Below are positions 49,117-57,584 of a DNA stretch of 62,787 nt, piece after piece. The DNA lies in NCBI GenBank assembly GCA_016286245.1, contig JAEESG010000003.1:1-62787 (forward strand), in the 5' to 3' direction. The DNA comes from Clostridiales bacterium. Lineage in GTDB: Bacteria; Bacillota; Clostridia; Oscillospirales; CAG-382. The first letter of the stretch is position 1. Each line of letters begins with the position of its first letter. Made by a program: the position numbers and the translations under genes. The notes beneath the pieces are model-generated. The model searched no databases, had not been told where the DNA came from, and was given only the letters and a program-made list of their open reading frames with translations.

Positions 49117-50820
49117 TTACACGTCCATTATAACCGGCAGAATCATGGGCTTGCGTTTTGTTATGTTATATATGTTCGTGGTGAGCGAATCCTTTATTTT
49201 TCCCTTTATTATATTCCAGTCGTCGACGTTTTCGTCAAAACACTTCTGTATCGTATCGTACGCTATTGCTTTAAGGCTTTCCATAAGCTCCTCGTTTTCC
49301 TTTACGTACACAAATCCTCTCGAAACGATGTCCGGTCCCGAAATTATTTCTCTCGTTTCAAGGCTTACCGCCGCAACGACGACGATAAGTCCGTCCTGCG
49401 CGAGATGTCTTCTGTCGCGAAGCACCACGCTTCCGACGTCGCCTATTCCGAGTCCGTCTATGAGCACCTTGCCCGACGCAACCTTTTCCGTCGTTTTCGC
49501 CGTTTTTTCGGTAAGTTCGATTACCATGCCCAACTCCGGAATTATGACGTTAGACGGCTTCATGCCCATTTCCAAAGCAAGGGAAGCGTTCGCTTTCAAG
49601 TGCCTGTATTCGCCGTGTACGGGAATGAAATATTTGGGTTTCAGGAGCGACTGCATTATTTTAAGCTCCTCCTGGCAGGCGTGTCCCGACACGTGAACGT
49701 CGGCTACCGCGTCGTTAAGCAGCGTTACGCCCTTTTTGAGAAGCTCGTTTATTATTTTTGTTACGAGTTTTTCGTTTCCGGGGATTGTCGTTGCGGATAT
49801 AATCACAAGGTCCGACGACGACAGCGAAACCTTATCGTGCTCCGAAAACGCCATCTTGTAAAGCGCGCTCATGGGCTCGCCCTGCGAGCCTGTCGTTACT
49901 ATCGTGAGTTCCTCGGGCTTGAATCTGCTTATTTCGTTTATGTCGATAAGCGTGCCTTTGGGTATATCCATATAGTTGAACTTCTGCGCCGCGTTTATTA
50001 CGTTTATCATGCTTCTTCCGGTAAGCGCGACTTTTCTGCCGTACTTATGGGAATAGTTTATTATCTGCTGCACGCGGTGCACGTTTGACGAAAACGTCGA
50101 GATGACAATTCTCTTGTCGCAGCCTCTTATTATTGTATCGAGCGATTTTCCGACCTTGCGCTCCGACATGGTAAAGCCGGGACGCTCGGCGTTGGTCGAC
50201 TCGCACAGCAGCGCAAGCACGCCTTCTTTTCCTATTTCGCCGAATCTCGTAAGATTTATGGGCTCGCCCTGTATGGGAGTGAGGTCTATCTTGAAATCTC
50301 CCGTAAAAACTATCGTTCCCGCGGGGCATTTGAGCGCAATCGCGCAGGAATCGGCTATCGAGTGGTTTACCCTTATGAATTCCGCCGTAAAGTTTTTGCC
50401 GAGCTTTATCGTATCGCCCGAATTCACCTGCTTCAACGTCGCTTCCGCGTCAAGTCCGTGTTCCTCGAGCTTTCCTTCAAGTATTCCGAGCGTGAGAAGC
50501 GTCCCGTAAATGGGGGCGTTTACAAATCTGAACATATACGGAATCGCTCCGATATGGTCCTCGTGTCCGTGCGTGAGAAGTATTCCCTTTATTTTATCCG
50601 TATTTTCCTCGAGATACTGCGTGTCGGGTATTACGAGGTCCACGCCGAGCATGCTCTCGTCGGGGAATCCTATTCCCGCGTCGACGACTATCATCTCGCC
50701 GCCGTATTCCACGACCGTCATGTTTCTTCCTATCTCGCCGAGTCCGCCCAAAGGAATAATCTTGACAGACTCTGTCTTTTTTCTGCCGTCAGTGTTTGCA
50801 TATTTGTTTTTTTTCGGCAT
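49117..50820 (-). CDS. rnj: ribonuclease J
   Basis: PLGGLGEIGRNM, THGHEDHIG, GSQGEP, HVSGHA, PVHGE, SRGFVY. Confidence 0.96.
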   Translation of the reverse strand: MPKKNKYANTDGRKKTESVKIIPLGGLGEIGRNMTVVEYGGEMIVVDAGIGFPDESMLGVDLVIPDTQYLEENTDKIKGILLTHGHEDHIGAIPYMFRFVNAPIYGTLLTLGILEGKLEEHGLDAEATLKQVNSGDTIKLGKNFTAEFIRVNHSIADSCAIALKCPAGTIVFTGDFKIDLTPIQGEPINLTRFGEIGKEGVLALLCESTNAERPGFTMSERKVGKSLDTIIRGCDKRIVISTFSSNVHRVQQIINYSHKYGRKVALTGRSMINVINAAQKFNYMDIPKGTLIDINEISRFKPEELTIVTTGSQGEPMSALYKMAFSEHDKVSLSSSDLVIISATTIPGNEKLVTKIINELLKKGVTLLNDAVADVHVSGHACQEELKIMQSLLKPKYFIPVHGEYRHLKANASLALEMGMKPSNVIIPELGMVIELTEKTAKTTEKVASGKVLIDGLGIGDVGSVVLRDRRHLAQDGLIVVVAAVSLETREIISGPDIVSRGFVYVKENEELMESLKAIAYDTIQKCFDENVDDWNIIKGKIKDSLTTNIYNITKRKPMILPVIMDV

Positions 50821-50909
50821 TTAATTACCTGCCTTTCGTTATTTATTGTATTCGTTATATTTTCGCAGTGATGTCCGACTGCTTATTTTCAGTTTTTTGG
50901 TGTGTTTTA

Positions 50910-51872
50910 TCAAAACGACGCTATGTCGTTTTCGGGAGATTCGGTTTTGCGCGCCGTGTTTGCGTAAAGCACGGGTCCCGTCTGTCCGTGATACAGTCTG
51001 TGCGGCTCAAACTCGATTCTCGCCGTAAGCACAATCCAGTCCTTCGTCTTGTATTTTGCCGCGTTGTCGCAGATGCATATTATCCCCTTGTACTGCACGT
51101 CCTCGATACAGCAGGTCATAATCCTTCTGCCAACGACTATTTCGTTGTCGCGAAGCGCCTTGTTCTTTGCGACCATAACCTTTATTCTTACCGTTTTGCC
51201 CTTATAGTTTTCGGGCTTATCCGAAAAATCCGCGTACCAGAACGCGTAGTCCTCGTCCTTTACCTCGATTATCGGCGCGTTCATGTCGTAAGGCGGCGGG
51301 TCCTCGATTTCGTCGTATTCCACTTCGCCGTTTTTATATTCGTACGCGATATTCGTCCTTCTTGAAACCGCGCGCACGATTTTATGCGCCGCCATCTTGT
51401 CGAAATCCTTGTCGGCGCGGTTGAAGACGACAAGCTCGCAGCTTTTGAGCTTATCGACGACAAGGCTCCTCATGTTCGTATTGTACGCAAAAAACGTTCC
51501 GGCCTCGGCAAACATGATTTCCTGATAAACCATCCATCCGGGAGGCAGCGCGGCGTACAGAGCGTCTATCGTCCACATTCCGTTATATTCGACAACCGCC
51601 CTGTCAATATCGTATTTTTTCTGTAATGACGCAAGAAATTCGGGCGTCAGGTCCGCCTCGCTTTCAATTTTTTCGATATGAAAGCTTCCCATTACCCCTT
51701 TGAATTTCGAGCGGTCATAATCCTCCTCTCCCTCCTCGCAAACGAGAAGAAGAGTGTTTTCTCCGTTGTTGAACCTCTCGTCCTCGAAGGTTTCCTGAAT
51801 GAATTTTGTCTTTCCCGCTTCGAGAAAGCCCGTGAACAAATATACGGGTATTTCACGTATTCCGCCGTTCAT
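50910..51872 (-). CDS. CobW-like GTPase domain fused to a TIGR03943/DUF1980-like C-terminal domain
   Basis: TGFLEAGKT, EYNG, VVFNR; C-terminal RRIMTCCIED. Confidence 0.75.
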   Translation of the reverse strand: MNGGIREIPVYLFTGFLEAGKTKFIQETFEDERFNNGENTLLLVCEEGEEDYDRSKFKGVMGSFHIEKIESEADLTPEFLASLQKKYDIDRAVVEYNGMWTIDALYAALPPGWMVYQEIMFAEAGTFFAYNTNMRSLVVDKLKSCELVVFNRADKDFDKMAAHKIVRAVSRRTNIAYEYKNGEVEYDEIEDPPPYDMNAPIIEVKDEDYAFWYADFSDKPENYKGKTVRIKVMVAKNKALRDNEIVVGRRIMTCCIEDVQYKGIICICDNAAKYKTKDWIVLTARIEFEPHRLYHGQTGPVLYANTARKTESPENDIASF

Positions 51873-51895
51873 TTTAGTCCTCTTTTTGCCGTTTT

Positions 51896-52936
51896 TTATA
51901 TTCCGAATGCGCCCGCAAGCTTATCCTCTTTCATTTCCGAGCCGATAACGCAGATTTTGCCCGTAACGTCGGACGAGCCTTTTCTCACGTTTCTTTCGCC
52001 CGGCACGTAGTCAAAATGCGCCCATGAGCCGTCGGCAAGCTCGACGATTCCCTTTGCTCTCAGCACGAATCCGTACTCTTTTTCGTCTTCCAGCTTATCA
52101 AGCGCGCTTTCTATTTCTTCCAAAGTAAATTTGTGCGCTGTTTCAACTCCCCAGCTTGAGAAAACCTCGTCCGCATGATGATGGTCGTGGTCGTGGCAGC
52201 CGCACGTACAGTCGTCGGGGTGTTCGTGTTCATGCTCATGGTCGTGATGATGTTCGTGCTCGTGGTCGTGATGATGTTCGTGCTCGTGTTCATGCTCATG
52301 CTCATGCTCGTGCAGCATCTCTTTAAGTTCATCCTCGAGGGTTTTGGCATTTTCCATCGTCGAGAGAATCTGCGCGCCGGAAAGCTTATCCCACGCCGTG
52401 GTTATAATCGCGGCGTCCTTATTGTGCTCCCTTAAAATCTCGACGCATTTATTCAGCTTGTCCTCGGAAATATCGGACGTTCTGCTTAAAATTATCGTTT
52501 TTGCGAATTCCACCTGGTCCGAGAAAAATTCGCCGAAGTTTTTCATGTACATTCTGCATTTATTCGCGTCGACGACGACCACCGCGGAGTTCAGCGCCGA
52601 TTTTCCGTTTTCCGCGCCCATTACCGCCCTTATCACGTCGCTGAGTTTTCCCACGCCCGACGGCTCTATAAGTATTCTGTCGGGAGAAAACTTTTCAAGC
52701 ACCTCAGACAGCGCTTTTTTGAAGTCTCCGACGAGGCTGCAGCATATACAGCCCGAATTCATCTCGTTTATCTGTATGCCCGATTCCTTCAAGAACCCGC
52801 CGTCAATGCCCGTCTCTCCGAATTCGTTTTCTATAAGCACGAGCTTTTCGCCCTTATACGCTTCCGAAATGAGTTTCTTTATGAGCGTCGTCTTGCCCGC
52901 TCCCAGAAATCCCGAAAACACGTCTATCTTTGTCAT
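51896..52936 (-). CDS. CobW/COG0523 metallochaperone GTPase
   Basis: SGFLGAGKTT, ENEFG, GCICC, IEPSG, His-rich insert; start MTKID. Confidence 0.92.
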   Translation of the reverse strand: MTKIDVFSGFLGAGKTTLIKKLISEAYKGEKLVLIENEFGETGIDGGFLKESGIQINEMNSGCICCSLVGDFKKALSEVLEKFSPDRILIEPSGVGKLSDVIRAVMGAENGKSALNSAVVVVDANKCRMYMKNFGEFFSDQVEFAKTIILSRTSDISEDKLNKCVEILREHNKDAAIITTAWDKLSGAQILSTMENAKTLEDELKEMLHEHEHEHEHEHEHHHDHEHEHHHDHEHEHEHPDDCTCGCHDHDHHHADEVFSSWGVETAHKFTLEEIESALDKLEDEKEYGFVLRAKGIVELADGSWAHFDYVPGERNVRKGSSDVTGKICVIGSEMKEDKLAGAFGI

Positions 52937-53147
52937 TTGTTTTTGTCCTTTCAGTTTTGCAATTTTATTATATATAACTATACATAGTATATTATATATC
53001 ATCGCGTTCAAAAAAGCAAGAATATTATCTTTTATGCACCCGAAGTTTTTTCCGACAGGTCTTCTCATTTTTCCCCGAAAACCGCCGTATTGTGCCGAAA
53101 TCCCCCTTTTCCGTCCCAGTTATGAATATTCATTTTACATTTTTGCA

Positions 53148-53176
53148 TTGAAAAAATCGAACATTTGTGCTATAAT
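53148..53176 (+). promoter_or_regulatory. sigma-A promoter with a LexA-like SOS box in the spacer
   Basis: TTGAAA-17-TATAAT with TG; GAAC-ATTT-GTGC (53159-53170), one mismatch from GAAC-N4-GTTC. Confidence 0.6.
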
Positions 53177-53208
53177 TATGACAGTAAACGGTAAAGGAGG
53201 AAGAAAAA

Positions 53209-53469
53209 ATATTCAGCGAAATCATCGTTGCCCTCATAGGACTTGCGGGCAGCGCGGCAGGCTCGCTTTGCGGCATTATCGTTTCGGGAAAGCTTACCGA
53301 ATACAGGCTTAAACAGCTCGAACTGAAAGTCGAAAAGCACAACAGCCTTATTGAAAGAACGTACGCGCTTGAACAAAAGGCGGGCGTCTGCGTCGAGAAG
53401 ATAAAATCGGCGGAACGCAGAATAGACAGTCTTGAGCGCAAGTGCGAAATATCAAATAAACAGTTTTAA
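53209..53469 (+). CDS. phage lysis-module-type membrane protein (N-terminal TM plus coiled coil); ATA start; absent from the ORF track
   Basis: AGGAGG, 8 nt, ATA; translates (M)FSEIIVALIGLAGSAAGSLCGIIVSGKLTEYRLKQLELKVEKHNSLIERTYALE..RIDSLE..F, 86 aa; resembles holin-adjacent proteins of Bacillota phages as I recall them. Confidence 0.7.
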   Translation: MFSEIIVALIGLAGSAAGSLCGIIVSGKLTEYRLKQLELKVEKHNSLIERTYALEQKAGVCVEKIKSAERRIDSLERKCEISNKQF

Positions 53470-53478
53470 GGAGATTTT

Positions 53479-53679
53479 ATGAGAAAAATATTGAAAAAAT
53501 TCACAAGCAGAAAGTTTTTGGCGGCGTTCGCGGGTGTCTCCGCGGGAATTTACATGATTTCCTGCGGCAGCGTCTCCGAGGGAACGACGGCGATCGTCGC
53601 TTCCGTCGTATCGTATCTTGCGGCGGAGGGGATTATTGACGCGAAAAGCGCCGGCGCGTCCGCTGACGAAAAAGAATAA
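53479..53679 (+). CDS. putative phage-type holin
   Basis: 66 aa, basic N-terminus KFTSRKF, two hydrophobic segments, Y..AEG..DA, charged tail; RBS AAGGAG. Confidence 0.6.
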   Translation: MRKILKKFTSRKFLAAFAGVSAGIYMISCGSVSEGTTAIVASVVSYLAAEGIIDAKSAGASADEKE

Positions 53680-53714
53680 AAAATAACGGCGGGTTTTCCC
53701 GCCGTTATTTTTTT
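53678..53714. terminator. bidirectional terminator
   Basis: AAAAAATAACGGCGGG/CCCGCCGTTATTTTTT. Confidence 0.85.
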
Positions 53715-53717
53715 GTT

Positions 53718-54365
53718 TTACAAATCGAGTTTTTCAAAATTTTTCTGCGCCTTAAAGCAGGATGCCGCCGTCGCGGCGGCGTAAACCGCAAACGCAAAAA
53801 GCAGTATAAGAAACTGCGTCGGCAGACGCTCCGACGTATTCAGAAATTCGAGTCCCGGAATATGATGCGCAATTTCGGAAACGCCTACCGTCAGCATGGA
53901 CAGAACGATAAAAACGATGAACGGTTTTCCGAACTTATACGCCGTCTTATAAAACGGTCCTGCGAAAAATACGTTGAAAAGCGAAAAGACGACAAGAATC
54001 CATGCCAGAAACACGGGGTTGGAATTCATCATGGGGTTTTCCGCATAAGGCGGCGCGCTTCCGAGAAGCGTCATCCGAATAAATGTGAACGCTCCGGCAA
54101 GCAGAAACGCGGCAAATTGTATAACGCACACGAAAATAAACCTTGCTTTGACGACGTCTTTCTTATCTATCGGCAGCAACACTGAATACAGCACGTCGTT
54201 TGTCTCTCTGCCGTTCTGAAAGGTATGAAAAATTCCGAAGCAGACAAAAAACGCGCACACCAGTATCGGATAACCGGGTATGAACGCCATCGCCGAAAAC
54301 AATATGAAAATAAAACTCAAAACGTGCGCTGAAAGCTTCAATTCCTTAATCAGCAAATTTTTCAT
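53718..54365 (-). CDS. ABC-2 type transporter permease
   Basis: MKNLLIKE, LPI.KKDVVKARF, about six TM helices; overlaps the ATPase gene. Confidence 0.85.
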   Translation of the reverse strand: MKNLLIKELKLSAHVLSFIFILFSAMAFIPGYPILVCAFFVCFGIFHTFQNGRETNDVLYSVLLPIDKKDVVKARFIFVCVIQFAAFLLAGAFTFIRMTLLGSAPPYAENPMMNSNPVFLAWILVVFSLFNVFFAGPFYKTAYKFGKPFIVFIVLSMLTVGVSEIAHHIPGLEFLNTSERLPTQFLILLFAFAVYAAATAASCFKAQKNFEKLDL

Positions 54366-55089
54366 GAAAATCCTCCTTTTCGTATCTCAGCATTATCTCT
54401 TCGAGATTGTTTCCCTGCGAGCGCAAGGAGTGCTCGGAAAGGAAGGTTTCCTTCTTTTCGGAGGCAACAAGTTTTCCTTTGCGGATATAAGTTATACGGT
54501 CGGCGCATTTGTCGAGGTCGGACGTGATGTGCGTCGAAAAGAGAATCGCAACGCCGCGGTTTTTCAGCTCAGAAAAAATTTCAAGCAGTTCTTCGCGCGA
54601 AACCGGATCGAGTCCCGACGTCGGCTCGTCCAGGATAAGCAGTTTTGCTCCGTGAGAAAGGGCGATTGCAAGATTCAGTTTGACCTTCATGCCTTCCGAC
54701 AGTTCAAGCGGCGTTTTTTTCGGGTCTATGGAGAATATATCCGTATATTTCCGATACGCTCCGTCGTCCCAGTTATCGTAAAATCTGCGCGTTACCGCAA
54801 TTATATCGGCAATTTTCTTTCGCGGATAATAGTTCACGGCACCCCCCGCAAAGCCGATGCTCTGTTTTATTTCCCTCTCGTTTCCGGAAAACGTTTTTCC
54901 GAAATAGCGGATGCTTCCCGAGTCGGGGTGTACTATATTAAGTATCGATTTGAGGGTCGTCGTCTTTCCGGCTCCGTTGCGGCCGATAAAGCCCGTTATA
55001 CTGCTCTCTTCAACAGTGAATGACAGCGGTCCCAGGCAAAAAGACGGATACTTTTTGACAAGGTCTTCAACCTCCAGAATCGGCGTCAT
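54346..55089 (-). CDS. ABC transporter ATP-binding protein
   Basis: GRNGAGKTT, LSEGM, ILDEPTSGLDP, STH. Confidence 0.95.
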   Translation of the reverse strand: MTPILEVEDLVKKYPSFCLGPLSFTVEESSITGFIGRNGAGKTTTLKSILNIVHPDSGSIRYFGKTFSGNEREIKQSIGFAGGAVNYYPRKKIADIIAVTRRFYDNWDDGAYRKYTDIFSIDPKKTPLELSEGMKVKLNLAIALSHGAKLLILDEPTSGLDPVSREELLEIFSELKNRGVAILFSTHITSDLDKCADRITYIRKGKLVASEKKETFLSEHSLRSQGNNLEEIMLRYEKEDFHEKFAD

Positions 55090-55295
55090 TTGTCATCCTC
55101 CTTAAAGATGCGTTTCATAAACGTTTCAAAGGTGTTTTTCGGCGGAATGGCAATTCCCCGCTTCTCGTCGCCCAAAAGAATAAGCGTGTCTCCCGGATTT
55201 ATGGAAAACGCCTCCCGCGCTTCTTTGGGAATGACTATCTGCCCCTTTTCACCCACTTTTACGGTCCAGGCATATTTGCCTTTCGGCGTATTCAT
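55086..55295 (-). CDS. AbrB/MazE/SpoVT family DNA-binding protein
   Basis: VKVGEKGQIVIPKEARE.F.I.PGD; start MNTPK after AAGGAGG. Confidence 0.92.
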   Translation of the reverse strand: MNTPKGKYAWTVKVGEKGQIVIPKEAREAFSINPGDTLILLGDEKRGIAIPPKNTFETFMKRIFKEDDK

Positions 55296-55312
55296 CGTAC
55301 GCGCCTCCTTTA

Positions 55313-55360
55313 AGTATGATTTGTTATACAAATCATACTACCGTTTTTTGAAAAAGTCAA
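55313..55360 (-). promoter_or_regulatory. promoter with a perfect palindromic operator over the -10
   Basis: AGTATGATTTGT-TAT-ACAAATCATACT (55313-55339) overlapping TTGACT-17-TATGAT. Confidence 0.7.
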
Positions 55361-55393
55361 TAGCGGATAATAAAAAAGCACGCCGAAATCAAT

Positions 55394-55682
55394 CTGTTCT
55401 AAAGGACAGTATATAAAAACCCGGCTGAAGTAAGGAGTCGAATCCTTATTTCAGCCGGTTTTTTGTCGCAAACCTCTGTAAGCAGGACGTTTGTGTGCCA
55501 AACGTCAAAGAAACGATTACGGTTATAAGTTATGATTTACGGCAAAAGCCGCAAAGTTATGATATGAGCTCCGCCAACGTGCCGCAGGCACTCATAACCT
55601 GCAGAGCAATCATAACGCGCGTCAGCGCTCATAACGTTCCGCATCAGCGGAACTCATAACTGCCGACTGTCCTTTGGAACAG
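55394..55682. repeat. MITE/REP-like structured element (hairpin ladder 1)
   Basis: 17-bp inverted ends CTGTTCTAAAGGACAGT / ACTGTCCTTTGGAACAG (1 mismatch); AGTTATGA x2 and TCATAAC x4 separated by short GC hairpins. Confidence 0.7.
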
Positions 55683-55712
55683 TCGGCGTACGGCGGCTTT
55701 TTTTAAATTTAA

Positions 55713-57056
55713 TTACGAAAGCAGTCCGAACAGGTTCAGCAGATTTTTACTGCTTTTTTTCGCAGTTGAAAACGCGCTTACGGAATAATTTTCGATATTG
55801 CAGAGAATTTCGGCGCTTTCGGCTCTTGTGAGCAGGTTTTCGGGCAGGATTTCACCGTATCCCGTGCCGTTCATGATTTCCGCCGAGGCAAGATTGGAAA
55901 ACGCGTTCTTCGCCCAGTCGGGACATTCCGAAAAGTCGGAAAATCCCTCGCAGCCGCCGTCTCCGTCGGGAAGCTTTAAAATTCTGTCGACAATCACCGC
56001 GCATTCCGCTCTCGATATTGGTTCGGCGCTCTTGAAAACGGTCTTTCCGTCTTCAATATAGCCGGTAACTATGCCTTTTTTTCTCGCGTATTCGGCATAG
56101 CTCTTTATATTTACGGGAATATCCCCGTCGTCGTCAAATCCCGTCTCGTTCACGAAATTTATTTCGGGCTCGTACCCCGCCGTAATGAGCGCAAGCGCGA
56201 GAAAATCGCCTCTCGTTACCGTTTCGTCGGGATAAAAATTGCTTTCCCCCGTTTCCTCGTCAACCTTTACGTTCATAAGGCCGGCGGACACGGTTTTTCT
56301 GACGGAATTGCACGCCCAGTGCTCATTCATATCGTCGATTTTCACGTCGAGCGCGGGTTTTGACACGTTTATGCTGATTTTCGAGCACTTGCCTCTGTTT
56401 CCGTAGCAGTCGACGGCAAGATACTCAAAGCTGTCCTTTCCGGTATAGCCTGCGGCGGGAATATAGCAGAAATATCCGCTTGCGTCGCCCGCAAGGCAGA
56501 GGTACCCGTGTTCGGGATAGGAAACGACTTCAAACGTCATCTCGTCGTATTCGGGGTCTGACGCGGGCAGGAATTTATAAACGGAAGTCTCCTTGAACGT
56601 TGAAATTTCTTTTTCTTTGCACACGGGCGCGAGATTCACTCCGTCAAGAACACAAAGCACGACTTTCGCTCCGGTATCCCCGTTTTCCGAAACGTTCACG
56701 ATATCGAAAACCGTCTTTCCGGTGGCGTTTTCCACGGGCAGAAATTCAAGTTTTCCGAAATCCCTTCTCGAAATAACCTGATTTGCTTTTACCTTTTCGC
56801 CCGAAAGGTAAAGCGTTCCCGCGCTTTGTTCGGGCAGCGAAACGATTCCGACGTACTCGGTTTTTTCACGGAACGTATCGTCAAAATCGGCTTTCGTAAA
56901 GGAAATCGCGTTATTTGCAACGCCGCACTTTTTCATCTCGATTTCTTTCTCAAGCTTATCGAACGCCGGGCTGAGCGGAGTTTTTCCCGCGGCGGCGACA
57001 AGTCCCAAAAGCGACGCGCACAGCACGCAGGTAACTATTTTTACGATTTTATTCAT
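55713..57056 (-). CDS. secreted protein with cadherin/Ig-like repeats and C-terminal SLH domains
   Basis: Y.PAAGYTGKDSFEY.A.D; SLH motifs VTRGDF, ISRAEC, LTRAES. Confidence 0.85.
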   Translation of the reverse strand: MNKIVKIVTCVLCASLLGLVAAAGKTPLSPAFDKLEKEIEMKKCGVANNAISFTKADFDDTFREKTEYVGIVSLPEQSAGTLYLSGEKVKANQVISRRDFGKLEFLPVENATGKTVFDIVNVSENGDTGAKVVLCVLDGVNLAPVCKEKEISTFKETSVYKFLPASDPEYDEMTFEVVSYPEHGYLCLAGDASGYFCYIPAAGYTGKDSFEYLAVDCYGNRGKCSKISINVSKPALDVKIDDMNEHWACNSVRKTVSAGLMNVKVDEETGESNFYPDETVTRGDFLALALITAGYEPEINFVNETGFDDDGDIPVNIKSYAEYARKKGIVTGYIEDGKTVFKSAEPISRAECAVIVDRILKLPDGDGGCEGFSDFSECPDWAKNAFSNLASAEIMNGTGYGEILPENLLTRAESAEILCNIENYSVSAFSTAKKSSKNLLNLFGLLS

Positions 57057-57191
57057 TTCCGTCTTCCTTTCTTTTATAAAGAAATTTTATTATGATATTC
57101 GCTTTCGGGTTTATTGTTTGCCGCAAGTGCATAATTTATGCAAAAAAGCGGTTATGATAAATGCGGTTTTCAAATATTTTCTCAAAAAGGC

Positions 57192-57220
57192 TTGACAAAA
57201 TTATTTATGTATGTTATTAT
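57192..57220 (+). promoter_or_regulatory. sigma-A promoter of tRNA-Val
   Basis: TTGACA-17-TATTAT with TG. Confidence 0.75.
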
Positions 57221-57240
57221 ATCGGTGTTCCGAAAATTAC

Positions 57241-57316
57241 GGGGGGTTAGCTCAGCTGGGAGAGCATCTGCCTTACAAGCAGAGGGTCATAGGTTCGAGC
57301 CCTATACCCCCCACCA
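57241..57316 (+). tRNA. tRNA-Val (anticodon TAC)
   Basis: Cloverleaf: GGGGGGT/ACCCCCC acceptor stem, GCTC/GAGC D arm, TCTGC-CTTACAA-GCAGA, ATAGG-TTCGAGC-CCTAT, encoded CCA. Confidence 0.98.
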
Positions 57317-57584
57317 TGAAAAAGGCAAGTCGAAAGACTTGCCTTTTTCAATGATATCCGTTCCTTACGGAACGGGTGATATATGCTTTGCATATGATAT
57401 ACCCTTCGGGTATGATATACGCCTGCGGCGTATTGAGGAACGGATATTATTTCATGTTGCGACGAAGGAGCAATATATCATACGGCTTTCGCCGTATATC
57501 ATATCGCTTTGCGATATATCATTAAAATGCAAGGCAAGTCTTTCGACTTGCCTTTTTCAATGATATCCGTTCCTTTCGGAACGG
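57317..57584. repeat. structured element bounded by 54-bp direct repeats (hairpin ladder 2); includes the tRNA terminator
   Basis: Direct repeats 57322-57375 and 57531-57584; TGATATA x3 and TATATCA x3, interleaved with mini-hairpins. Confidence 0.8.

Noticed and set aside
52344-53441. ORFs 52344-53312 (+), 53130-53441 (-) and 53176-53376 (-)
   Set aside because: They overlap cobW or the better-supported ATA-start gene, which has a promoter and RBS
53148-57316. Prophage or island integrated at tRNA-Val
   Set aside because: No integrase, no structural phage genes and no duplicated tRNA 3' end seen
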